From Actinomycetota bacterium (lineage in GTDB: Bacteria > Actinomycetota > UBA4738 > HRBIN12), in contig JBOGVO010000258.1 in the NCBI GenBank assembly GCA_050692855.1, positions 1 to 50,629 on the forward strand: a stretch of DNA of 50,629 bases. Direction: 5' to 3'. Position 1 is the first letter of the stretch. Each line of letters starts with the position of its first letter. Shown here piece after piece: positions 28,083 through 37,143 of the stretch. Position numbers and translations under genes: made by a program. The notes below the pieces were generated by a model that was given only the letters and a program-made list of their open reading frames with translations, was not told where the DNA came from and did no database searches.

Positions 28083-28937
28083 ATGACCAGGCTGCTGCAC
28101 GTCGTCGGGGCACAGATCTCGCCGGTCGGCGGCGACCCCGAGGCGACGTTCGGGAAGTTCTCAGACGAGGTCCGCACGATCCGGGGGTCGTTCCCGAAGG
28201 CGCAGCTCTACCTGTTCCCCGAGCTGTACCTGGCGGGAGAGCAGCCGTTCCGCACGCACGTGCCGATCTCGAGGAACCGTCATCGGGTACCGGGACCGCT
28301 CACGGAGCGGATCGGCGCGGTGGCCCGTCGCGCTCGCCGATGGATCCAGGCCGGCTCGATCTACGAGGCGGCGGGGCGGCGTACCTACAACACGGCCTTG
28401 CTGTTCGCGCCCGACGGATCCCTCGTGTCCACCTATCGGAAGCTCTTCCCGTGGTTGCCGTTCGAGGGCACCGACCCTGGCGCTGCACCGGCGCCCGTGG
28501 TCGACCTGCCTCGTATCGGGAAGGCGGGCATGATGATCTGCTACGACGGTTGGTTCCCGGAGGTACCGCGGTCACTCGCCCTCCTCGGGGCGGAGGTGAT
28601 CCTGCATCCCACGCTCACGAGCACACCCGATCGCGAGGAAGAGCTGGTGCTCGCCCGGGCCAATGCGATCGCGAACCAGTGCTACGTGCTCAACGTGAAC
28701 GCCTCGATCGAGGTTGGTGGCGGCCGCTCGATCGGCGTCGACCCCGAGGGCCGCGTCCTGTTCCAGGGAGGCACCGGAGACGAGCTCCTCAGCGAGGTGC
28801 TCGACCTCGACCGCGTGCGCACCGTGCGAGAACGTGGCACGAGGGGCATGAACCGGTTGCTCTGGCAGCTCGGCGAGCACGGCCCGAGAGCCGCCGAACC
28901 CGACTACCGAGGGCTCCGGCGCCGCAGGACCAGATAG
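28083..28937 (+). CDS. Carbon-nitrogen hydrolase (nitrilase superfamily amidase)
   Basis: Trimmed to ATG 28083, behind AGGAG. The Glu-Lys-Cys triad contexts are FPELYL, YRKLFPW and MMICYDGWFPE. Confidence 0.85.
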   Translation: MTRLLHVVGAQISPVGGDPEATFGKFSDEVRTIRGSFPKAQLYLFPELYLAGEQPFRTHVPISRNRHRVPGPLTERIGAVARRARRWIQAGSIYEAAGRRTYNTALLFAPDGSLVSTYRKLFPWLPFEGTDPGAAPAPVVDLPRIGKAGMMICYDGWFPEVPRSLALLGAEVILHPTLTSTPDREEELVLARANAIANQCYVLNVNASIEVGGGRSIGVDPEGRVLFQGGTGDELLSEVLDLDRVRTVRERGTRGMNRLLWQLGEHGPRAAEPDYRGLRRRRTR

Positions 28938-29626
28938 GCCGTCGCTCCGAGCACGACGAACGTTCCCGCGATCCACGCGACGAGCGGACGAACATCCCTC
29001 TGCCCGGCGACGTCCTCGCCGTCCGGAGACGCCGGCGGGGATGTCTCACCCAGCGAGCGAAGCCGCTCCACGGGACGGCCGGCGCCCAGGAGGTCGCACG
29101 AGCCTTCGTCGCGCACGATCACGCCCCAGCGCAGCCGCTCGAGGCCCGGCGAGGTGCCGGTCTCATCCTCGTCGGCGGTGAGCGTGCGACCCGGCACCTG
29201 CATCACCAGCGTGGCACCGTCGATCGTCGGGGGGATGAATCGGCTCTGCCCCGCTTCCGGCACCAGGATCGTGGAGGTGACCGGATCGCGCACCGCGTCG
29301 TAGCGCAGGATCCGGTTCACACCCCGGTACAGACCCGCGTCGACGGCCGGGACGTCGGGGTCGAACAGCACGATGTCGACGCGGAACGGCTTCCCTTCCT
29401 CGTCGGGCACGATCAGCGGCTCGGCGAAGCGCAGGGTGAAGCGCACCGACGTGCCGAACTCGACGACGTCCCCGGATGCCTCGACGAGATCCGGGGCGCC
29501 GGTCTCGACGCCCGCGTCGACGACGGCGTGCACGTGCGGGCAGGGGACCACGTCACCCGAAGGGTCGGTCGCTGCGAGCACCGTGGGAGCGAGCATCACG
29601 ACGAGCGCCAGGAGGGACCGGCTCAC
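28904..29626 (-). CDS. Hypothetical secreted protein with C-terminal membrane anchor
   Basis: This is ORF 28904..29962 trimmed to GTG 29626, which forms a GTGA overlap with the phosphoesterase stop. The N-terminus is signal-like ([19 protein letters not shown]). The C-terminus is [26 protein letters not shown]. Confidence 0.6.
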   Translation of the reverse strand: MSRSLLALVVMLAPTVLAATDPSGDVVPCPHVHAVVDAGVETGAPDLVEASGDVVEFGTSVRFTLRFAEPLIVPDEEGKPFRVDIVLFDPDVPAVDAGLYRGVNRILRYDAVRDPVTSTILVPEAGQSRFIPPTIDGATLVMQVPGRTLTADEDETGTSPGLERLRWGVIVRDEGSCDLLGAGRPVERLRSLGETSPPASPDGEDVAGQRDVRPLVAWIAGTFVVLGATAYLVLRRRSPR

Positions 29627-31119
29627 GAGCTCGGACAGTCGCGCGGCTCCAGGATGAGCGGGTCGAGGCGAGGCTCCTGCGTGAAGTCGAACGCACCGGA
29701 GAGCGGATCGGCGCGACGATCGCGGTCGGTCATCGGTTTCAGCCCGTGCAGCTCCTCGATGAACCGGAGCACCGAGGAGAACTCGTAGACGTTGTCGTCG
29801 ACCGCGCCGCCATCGGGGTTGTCGCCTCGGCGCGTCCACGGGGAGATGATCAACGCCGGCGTGCGCGGTCCGAGACCCATGATGTCGTAGCGCGGCGGCG
29901 CGACGTGATCGTAGAAGCCGCCGAAGTCGTCCCAGACGATCACGACCGCGGTGTTGGGCCACGCGTCGCTCCGCTGGATCGCGTTCAGGTACTCGACGGA
30001 CCAGTTCTCACCCTCGCACACGTTCGTGCCCGAGCCGGGGTGCTCGTTCGGCTGACCTTCGGGCGGCACCAGCCACGACACCGCCGGTAGGGAATCGTCC
30101 TTCAGGTCCTGCAGGATCGTCTCGGGGTCCTGCACCTTCTTCCACATGTCGCCGAACCGCACGTGTCGGATCGCCTGGAGCGCGTTCATCCATTTGTCGG
30201 GCAGCGCGTAGTACTTCCAGCTGATGCCCTCGCGCTCCAGCTGGTCCGGCAGCACCTTGATGTTGATGCACGTGCGGGTGCTCTCCCAATACGCTGCGAT
30301 CTCGAACAGCTGCTGGGGCGACGCCGTGATGTTCTTCTCGAGCCGCATGATGCGCTTGATGTCGGCCTCGGTGAGATCCTCGAGGGGGAACCGCTGCGTG
30401 TACTCGGTGGGGTCGTCGCAGTAGTTTCCCTCGACGTTCGTGGTCGTTTTGTTGTCGACGATGCCGTAGCTCTGAGCAGCCACCGTGTACAGATGCTCAG
30501 GGAAGGTGGGCCCGTACATCGACGTGAAGAAGTGGTCGGCGATCACGAACCTGTCGGCGTACGACCAATAGGCCGGCAGCGAGTCGCGATCGTATTGCGC
30601 GTAGCCCGTCAGGTCCTCGCCGAGCGAGATGCAGTTGAATCCGTTCATCTTCCCGCCGTTGATCGAGAGGAGCCCGGGATAGAACGCGTGACCGAGGTCG
30701 TGGGGCATCACGAGCGGCGCGTCCTTCAGCTCGACCGTCGCGCCCTTCTGGAACGTGGAGCAGTCGAGCGTGCCGCCCTCCCTGGCTCCGTCGACGCCGG
30801 GGTACCGACCGAAGTAGTGATCGAAGCTCCGGTTCTCCTTGATCAGGAAGATGACGTGCTCGATCGGATTCTCACCGGGCACGATCACACCCGCATCGTC
30901 GCCGCCGTTCGTCGGGCCGGCGCCGTTCCCATCCGTGCCACCGCCGCCGGGCGTGGTCCCTCCCGCTCGGTTCGATCCCTCGCCTTTGGGCCAGGCGAAC
31001 CACACGAGCGCGACGACCAGCACCATGACCACGGCGGCGAACAAGCGGCGACGCGCGATCTGCTGTCTCGTCGGCCGGCGGGGGCCGGCGGGACGGATGG
31101 GGGAGGCCGACGGTTGCAC
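29623..31119 (-). CDS. Phosphoesterase-family protein (phospholipase C / acid phosphatase type)
   Basis: 498 aa, GTG start. It has an N-terminal TM anchor, a Gly-rich linker, and [21 protein letters not shown], typical of the PlcC/AcpA phosphoesterase family. Confidence 0.85.
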   Translation of the reverse strand: MQPSASPIRPAGPRRPTRQQIARRRLFAAVVMVLVVALVWFAWPKGEGSNRAGGTTPGGGGTDGNGAGPTNGGDDAGVIVPGENPIEHVIFLIKENRSFDHYFGRYPGVDGAREGGTLDCSTFQKGATVELKDAPLVMPHDLGHAFYPGLLSINGGKMNGFNCISLGEDLTGYAQYDRDSLPAYWSYADRFVIADHFFTSMYGPTFPEHLYTVAAQSYGIVDNKTTTNVEGNYCDDPTEYTQRFPLEDLTEADIKRIMRLEKNITASPQQLFEIAAYWESTRTCINIKVLPDQLEREGISWKYYALPDKWMNALQAIRHVRFGDMWKKVQDPETILQDLKDDSLPAVSWLVPPEGQPNEHPGSGTNVCEGENWSVEYLNAIQRSDAWPNTAVVIVWDDFGGFYDHVAPPRYDIMGLGPRTPALIISPWTRRGDNPDGGAVDDNVYEFSSVLRFIEELHGLKPMTDRDRRADPLSGAFDFTQEPRLDPLILEPRDCPSS

Positions 31120-31130
31120 GATGCTGGAGT

Positions 31131-32603
31131 CTAGCGTCGGGCTTCGGGCGGTCGAGGCAAGGCCGAGGTCAGCGCGTCGAGCAGACGGTCGAGCTCATCC
31201 TGGACGCCCGCGTACCGACGATCGCCGGCTCGATCGTGGAGCTCCCCCGGGTCCGCCGGGCCGAAGGCTCCCTCGACGTCGTAGAGCTCGGCCGTGCCGT
31301 CGGCATGCTCGATGTAGGCATACCCGTCCGTGCGCACCTCGCTCCAGGCGGGCACCTCCCGATCCCCGGCCCACTCCACCAGCACCCCCTGCCGAGCCGT
31401 GTCCACGACTCCTGCACCCTCGAGCCACAGGCGGAAGCTGCGGCCGTCCACCGCGACGCGACCGACGGTGGCGTGGTCGGCCGCCAGGTCGAGGATCGTG
31501 GAAGCGATATCGACGGCCGAGACGGGGGCCGTCACCGCGACGCCGCCAGCGCTCGCCCACGGGAAGCGCACCACCAACGGCGTTCGGATGCACGCGTCTT
31601 ACTGACATCGCTTCCCGACCCAGCGGTGCGACCCGAAGGAGTAGCCGTTGTCGGTGAGGAACACGATCAAGGTGTCGTCGAGCTCACCCCGAGCGTCGAT
31701 CTCCGCCACCAGGCTCTCGAAGGCTCGGTCGACCCCTGCGAGCGTCTCCAACATGCGACGGCGCTGCCCGTCGAGTCTCGCGGAGGCGGGCCGATCCACG
31801 GGAGGCAGCCCGCGGATCCATGCGGGCGCCCCCGAGACATCGTTCAGTTCCTCGAGGCTCGGAGACCCGATCGAGACATCGGCGAACGAACCCCCGTCAC
31901 CCGGCGCCGGCATCCAGGGCTCGTGCGGAGCGGTCGGTGCGAACACGAGGAACCACGGCGTCGCGTGGGAGGCTCCGCGCAGGAACGCGAGCGCCTCGCT
32001 GGCGAGGAACGAGGTGGCGTAGCCCTGCGGCGACGGCCCCGCCGTGAGCGGCACCCCCTGGTCGACGAAGGGGAATCGCTCGTACGTGGTGGTCAGATCC
32101 ACGTTCCGCTTCGCGAGGAACCGATCCCATCCGTCGGGGACGTAGGGCGTGCGACCCCACGGATACCCGTTCAGGTACTTGCCGATCAGCGCGGTCTGAT
32201 ACCCCGCGTCGTCGAGCCAGGTCGCGAGCGTGGCGGATTCGTCGAAGAACGCACCGTCGGCGTTCCGTTCGACCCCGGTGTGGTGCGGGTACCGTCCGGA
32301 CAGGATCGACGCCCTCGACGGGCAGCACATCGGCACGTTAACGAACGCGTTCGTGAACCGGACCCAATCATCGCTGCGATCGCTCACCCTCGCTTCGAGC
32401 CAGGGCATCGCGGGCGGGCCCGTCACCATCGGCAGGGTGTCCCACGGCTGGTCATCGGTGATCACGAGCAGCACGTTCGGAGCACGGGCCCCGTGAGCCA
32501 TGGGAGCGGTCGCCGCGGTGAGGCTCGCGCCGGCGCAGGCGACGACGGCCGTCGCGAGCGCGAGCGCGGCTCGACGGACCGGCCTGACACCGCCGGTCCG
32601 CAT
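31131..32603 (-). pseudogene. Arylsulfatase-family gene interrupted by one in-frame TAA (ORFs 31599..32843 and 31131..31577)
   Basis: Signal peptide MRTGGVRPVRRAALALATAVVACAG. Motifs LVITDDQ, the formylglycine motif CCPSRAS, and TDNG. Reading through position 31601-31599 gives ...GSHRWVGKRCQ*DACIRTPLVVRFPW... in a single frame. Confidence 0.8.
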
Positions 32604-32640
32604 CCCGGTCAGGCCGTCCACGCCTCCCCCGTCGTCCGAC

Positions 32641-33870
32641 TCACCGGTCGAGCCAGCCGCCGTCGCGACCGTGCTCGTCGGCGACGACGCCGGCGGCGAT
32701 CGACAAGGCGATCGATTCCGGATCCCGGCCCCCGAGATCGAGGCCCAGCGGCGAGCGCACTCGAGCGATCTCGTCGTCGTCGAACCCCGCCTCACGCAGC
32801 GCCTCCACGTGGCGCCCCACGTGCCGGCGGCTCCCCATGACACCGATGAACCTCGCCGAGGATCGCAACGCGGTCGTCAACGTCTCGGTGACCGCGGGGG
32901 CGTCGTGATCGGTCAGCACCACCACCGACCGCTCGCCGAGCGGCACGTGTCGCAGGTCCGACACCACCGGCGCATCGGCGGTCGTCACCCGTTCGCGGCG
33001 CGGCTCCACCAGCAGCACGCGGTAGCCCAGCTGCTCGAGGTGCGATCGGAGCGCTCTGGCGACGTCGGTGGCCGAGACCACGATCGCGTCGGGAACGGCG
33101 TCGCGAGGCTCGAAGTAGACCTCGATCTCGCCCAGGTCATGGGTGAGGGTCCGCACCTCCGGGGCGCCTGCGGCCGCGACGTCGGAGGCCGCGTCGACGG
33201 CTGCGGCGTCGAACTCCGCGCATCCCAGCGTGCCGTGCACCTCCCCGCCGGGGACGATCGACATCGACGCACCGACCCGGCACGGTGGATCGCCGTGCAC
33301 CTTGACCGCGGTGGCGCGGACGGAGGGGCTCGACCCCCCCGTCGGCACGTCCGGTTGGGGCGGTCGCTCCGCCGGGTGTCCGGTCGGGTGGCGGCCCCTG
33401 GCGCCCGCGAGCAGCTCGATCGCGTGCGGAACCACCGGCAGGACCGCCTCGAGTCCTTCCCGCACCCCGCGGGGTGCGCCCGGCAGGTTGATCACGAGCG
33501 CCGAACCCACCGTGCCCGCCAGCCCGCGCGACAACGCCGCCATGGGGGTCTGCGCCAGCCCGGCGGCGCGCATCAGCTCCGCCAGGCCCGGGGCCTCACG
33601 GTCGAGGACGGTGCGCGTCGCCTCGGGTGTGACGTCGCGCGGCCCGAACCCGGTGCCTCCCGTCGTCACGATCAGATCGCAGCGCGAGGCGAGGTCGCCG
33701 ATGGACCGAGCGATGTCGTGGGCTTCATCCGCCACCACCACGCGCGCGGCCACCTGGAACCCTGCGTCGGCGAGCATCGAGGCGGCGAGCTCTCCGGACT
33801 CGTCGGCCCTCGTCCCCTGGGTGACGCCGTCCGACACCGTCATCACCGCCGCGCGCGCGCCCGTCGCCAT
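32641..33870 (-). CDS. MoaB/Mog-like domain fused to an XdhC-like maturation domain
   Basis: Trimmed to ATG 33870 (MATGARAAVMTVSDG). The N-terminal half has IVTTGGTGFGPRDVTPEA (MoCF_biosynth). The C-terminal half has an XdhC-like pattern (GASMSIVPGGEVHGTLGCAEFD..., FIGVMGSRRH..., GLDLGGRDPESIALSI). Confidence 0.75.
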   Translation of the reverse strand: MATGARAAVMTVSDGVTQGTRADESGELAASMLADAGFQVAARVVVADEAHDIARSIGDLASRCDLIVTTGGTGFGPRDVTPEATRTVLDREAPGLAELMRAAGLAQTPMAALSRGLAGTVGSALVINLPGAPRGVREGLEAVLPVVPHAIELLAGARGRHPTGHPAERPPQPDVPTGGSSPSVRATAVKVHGDPPCRVGASMSIVPGGEVHGTLGCAEFDAAAVDAASDVAAAGAPEVRTLTHDLGEIEVYFEPRDAVPDAIVVSATDVARALRSHLEQLGYRVLLVEPRRERVTTADAPVVSDLRHVPLGERSVVVLTDHDAPAVTETLTTALRSSARFIGVMGSRRHVGRHVEALREAGFDDDEIARVRSPLGLDLGGRDPESIALSIAAGVVADEHGRDGGWLDR

Positions 33871-33944
33871 CACGTCATCCTCGCATCTCGGCGCGGCGAC
33901 GACCGAGCGCACGTACGACCCGACGGCGGTAGGCTGATGGGGCG

Positions 33945-34964
33945 ATGTCTCCCGACGACCCCACTCCGGCGCCTGCCTCGGGCCCACTGATCGACACGTT
34001 CGGACGGGTCGGCAGCGACCTGCGGATCTCGGTCACCGATCGATGCAACTTCCGCTGCTCGTACTGCATGCCCGCGGAGGGCCTCGCGTGGCTGCCCAAG
34101 GAGGAGATCCTCACCTTCGAGGAGCTCACGCGTCTCCTGGCGCTGTTCGTCAAGCTGGGGGTGCGCTCGCTCAAGGTGACCGGCGGGGAACCGACCGTCC
34201 GAGCCGACCTCCCGCGACTCGTGAGCATGTTCCGCTCGGTCGGGCCTTCGCTCGACATATCGCTCACGACCAACGGGACGCTCCTCGACACCCTCGCCGA
34301 GCCCCTGGCCCAGGCGGGCATCGACCGCGCGACCGTGTCGTGCGACTCGTTGCTCCGGCATCGATTCAAAGAGATGACCCGCCGCGACGCGCTCGAGAAG
34401 GTGCAACGAGGCCTTCGCGCCGCCGAGCGAGCCGGGCTGACCCCGATCAAGATCAACTGCGTCGTGATCGGAGGCACGAACGACGATGAGGTGGTGCCGT
34501 TCGCTGCCTGGGCTCGCGAGACCGGATACGAGGTTCGATTCATCGAGTACATGCCGCTCGACGCTCAGCACGCATGGGAACGCCGAAAGGTCGTGCCGGC
34601 CAGGACCGTGCTCGAGCGCATCGAGGAGGCGTTCCCGCTCGTTGCCGACGGCGCCGGGGCCGAGCCCGCCACGACCTACGGATTCGCCGACGGAGCTCCG
34701 GGTCGCATCGGGGTGATCCCGAGCGTCACCGAGCCGTTCTGCGATTCCTGCAACCGCATGCGGATCACCGCGGAAGGGGAGTTCCGCAACTGCCTGTTCG
34801 CGCTCGAGGAGACCGATCTGCGCGGCCCGATGCGGAGCGGCGCGAGCGACGACGACCTCGAGGGCTTGCTTCGCGAGGCGATGTGGGCGAAGTGGTCGGG
34901 ACATCGCATCGATCACCCCGATTTCGTGCAGCCCGCTCGCAGCATGTCGATGATCGGCGGCTGA
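33945..34964 (+). CDS. moaA: GTP 3',8-cyclase MoaA (radical SAM)
   Basis: Motifs RISVTDRCNFRCSYCMP and C-terminal cluster cysteines CDSCNRMRITAEG. 339 aa. Confidence 0.93.
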   Translation: MSPDDPTPAPASGPLIDTFGRVGSDLRISVTDRCNFRCSYCMPAEGLAWLPKEEILTFEELTRLLALFVKLGVRSLKVTGGEPTVRADLPRLVSMFRSVGPSLDISLTTNGTLLDTLAEPLAQAGIDRATVSCDSLLRHRFKEMTRRDALEKVQRGLRAAERAGLTPIKINCVVIGGTNDDEVVPFAAWARETGYEVRFIEYMPLDAQHAWERRKVVPARTVLERIEEAFPLVADGAGAEPATTYGFADGAPGRIGVIPSVTEPFCDSCNRMRITAEGEFRNCLFALEETDLRGPMRSGASDDDLEGLLREAMWAKWSGHRIDHPDFVQPARSMSMIGG

Positions 34965-35042
34965 CGCGACGGAGGCTGGTGCGGATCCTCGCTCGCGCGT
35001 GGATCCGATGCTCCAGGTCGCTTGATGTTGACCGAGGGAGTC

Positions 35043-35705
35043 TTACGCGGCGATGAGGGCGTCGAGGTTCGCCTGGATGTCTGCCGGTGACGTCTCACCC
35101 ACGGTGGCGTTCACGACCGACCCGTCGGCTCCCACGTAGTAGACCGTCGGGAAGCTGCTCACGCCGAGGCCCTGGAGGAGCGTCCCCCCCTCGTCATCGA
35201 CCGCGGTCCTGAGCGTGAGACCCTCATCGGCGAGGAACTCGGGTGGCGTCGGTCCGGGGTTCTGGCCGATCGCGGTGGTCACGCTCACGACGTCGACGCC
35301 GTCGCGCTCCTGCACCGCGGGCACGAGCACGGGGAACTCCGCCTGGCAGTGGGGGCACCACGACGCCCAGACGATCAACACCGTCGGCGTGCCGCGATGG
35401 TCGTCCCAGGACACCGTGCCGCCGTCGAGCCCCGGCGCCGAGAACGCGGGCACCTGCTCGCCGACCGCCAACTGGGAGCCGGGGGCGCGGTCGATCGAGA
35501 CCTCGTCGGGAGCCGACGCTCCGGTGAACCCCGACGGGTCGTCGCCCCCTCCGCTCAACAACATGGCGGCCACGATCGCGACCAGCACGAGGGCGCCGAA
35601 CCCGATCCACAGGGTCCGTAGCCGGGCCGCCTTCCGCTCTCGATCCCGTCGCCCGGCCTTGGACAGCCGGTGCGCTTGCTGCTTGGATCTCGTGGCGTTC
35701 GTCAT
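35043..35705 (-). CDS. TlpA/ResA-like membrane-anchored thioredoxin-fold protein
   Basis: It has an N-terminal TM anchor and the motif WASWCPHCQAEFP. Confidence 0.85.
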   Translation of the reverse strand: MTNATRSKQQAHRLSKAGRRDRERKAARLRTLWIGFGALVLVAIVAAMLLSGGGDDPSGFTGASAPDEVSIDRAPGSQLAVGEQVPAFSAPGLDGGTVSWDDHRGTPTVLIVWASWCPHCQAEFPVLVPAVQERDGVDVVSVTTAIGQNPGPTPPEFLADEGLTLRTAVDDEGGTLLQGLGVSSFPTVYYVGADGSVVNATVGETSPADIQANLDALIAA

Positions 35706-35799
35706 GGGACATCCCTTCGATGGACACGCAGGAAGCCGGTCCGGGCGCGCGCAGGCTCCCTAGATGTTCGGCGTCAGGATGCCCGGAGGTTCGGGTCGT

Positions 35800-36660
35800 T
35801 CACTTCGGTCTGCGTCCGACGATCACTCGCGTGACCTCGAGCTCCCCGCCCTTGGTGCTCTTCACGTCCCGGAAGCCCCCCGAGGTGTACACACGCTTCA
35901 CCTCGGCTACCCGGTCGGGGCTCAGCTCCATGAGCAGCCATCCCCCCGCTCGCAGCCATCGCGGCGACCCGGCGACCGTACGCCCGATGAGCCCGAGCCC
36001 GTCGCTGCTGTGGTCGGTGAGCGTGTGCGGCGGCTCCCATTCACGGATCTCGTCGGGGAGATCCTCGAGCTCTCCGACCGGCACGTACGGAGGATGCAGC
36101 GTGATGACGTCGACCCGCCCGTGCAATCGAGTCGGGAGCGCGCCGAACAGATCGCCCTTCACGAACCGGGCCTCGAGCCCCAGCTCTTGGGCGTTTCGGC
36201 GGGCGAGCTTCACGGCGTCGCCCGCGACGTCGGCACCCCAGACCTCCGCCTTCGGCACCTCGTCGGCCACGGCCAACGCGATCGTGCCGCCCCCGGTCGC
36301 GAGGTCGACGTGCACGGGCCGCTTGCGTCCACGCAGCCTGCGCACCGCTTGCTCGGCGAGGAACTCAGAAGAATCACGAGGCACGAACACGCCGGGCGTC
36401 GTCCGGATCTCGAGTCCTCGGAACTCGGCGTAACCCTTGATGTACGGGATCGGCTCCCCCGCCACGCGCCGAGCGACGAGACCGTCGAATCGCTTCCTCG
36501 ACGTCCCCAGAACGTCGTCGTCGGGCTCCGGGTCGTGCCCGAGCACGTGCTGCAGCAGGTCCTCGGCTTCGATCCGCTCGCGGTCCCGCTGCCAGTGATC
36601 GATCGCCGGCGATGCCTTGAGCTGCTTCACGGCGCGGGAGACCACCCGCCGAGCTTCCAT
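35800..36660 (-). CDS. PrmC/HemK-related class I SAM methyltransferase with HPPY in place of NPPY
   Basis: HemK-like architecture: PIPYIKGYAEFRGLEIRTTPGVFVPRDSSE, the SAM motif VDLATGGGTIAL, and the substrate motif ITLHPPYVP (HPPY at 36085-36096). Confidence 0.8.
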   Translation of the reverse strand: MEARRVVSRAVKQLKASPAIDHWQRDRERIEAEDLLQHVLGHDPEPDDDVLGTSRKRFDGLVARRVAGEPIPYIKGYAEFRGLEIRTTPGVFVPRDSSEFLAEQAVRRLRGRKRPVHVDLATGGGTIALAVADEVPKAEVWGADVAGDAVKLARRNAQELGLEARFVKGDLFGALPTRLHGRVDVITLHPPYVPVGELEDLPDEIREWEPPHTLTDHSSDGLGLIGRTVAGSPRWLRAGGWLLMELSPDRVAEVKRVYTSGGFRDVKSTKGGELEVTRVIVGRRPK

Positions 36661-36702
36661 GGCGGGGCATCTTACCGGGTGGCGCTCGCTACACTCCCCC
36701 AG

Positions 36703-37131
36703 ATGGCAGAGCAGATGGCCGAGCGTGCGACCGCCTCGAACGAGCCTGCGTCGAGATCGGCCCCGAAGGCTCCGAGGGCTCCGAAGGCTCCGAAGGCTCG
36801 GAAGAGGAACACCACCGACAGCAGGTCGATCCGCCTCACCGGCGATCGGCTCGTCGTCCGCACGCCCGAGAACGGCGAGCGCAAGAGCGCGGGCGGCCTG
36901 TTGATCCCCGCCACCGCCGCCCCAGCGCCCAGGAAGCTCGCCTGGGGCGAGGTCGCGCTGGTCGGCCCGGACGTTCGGGTCGCGAAGGAGGGCGACCAGG
37001 TGCTCTTCCTCCCGTCGTCGGGCCTCGAGGTCGAGCTCGACGGCCAGGAGCTCACCCTGCTGCGCGAACGCGATGTGCAGGCGGTCTCGTCGATCCCGCC
37101 TGCGGACAGGGCGCCCGGCCAGTACCTCTGA
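36703..37131 (+). CDS. GroES-fold (Cpn10-like) protein with a basic Ala/Pro/Lys repeat N-terminal extension
   Basis: This is the tail of ORF 35764..37131 from ATG 36703. The core is IRLTGDRLVVRTPENGERKSAGGLLIPATAA...WGEVALVGPDVRVAKEGDQVLF...LLRERDVQAV. The N-terminal 40 aa include APKAPRAPKAPKARK. Confidence 0.7.
   Translation: MAEQMAERATASNEPASRSAPKAPRAPKAPKARKRNTTDSRSIRLTGDRLVVRTPENGERKSAGGLLIPATAAPAPRKLAWGEVALVGPDVRVAKEGDQVLFLPSSGLEVELDGQELTLLRERDVQAVSSIPPADRAPGQYL
36763..36798 (+). repeat. Four tandem copies of a 9-nt unit (ccgaaggct) inside the GroES-like gene
   Basis: ccgaaggct / ccgagggct / ccgaaggct / ccgaaggct. These encode PKA-PRA-PKA-PKA. Confidence 0.9.
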
Positions 37132-37143
37132 TCGGCGGGGAAC

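Noticed and set aside
33871-33944. A possible Moco riboswitch upstream of moaA.
   Set aside because: The spacer is only 74 nt, shorter than the Moco RNA motif of about 130 nt. I see none of its conserved elements.
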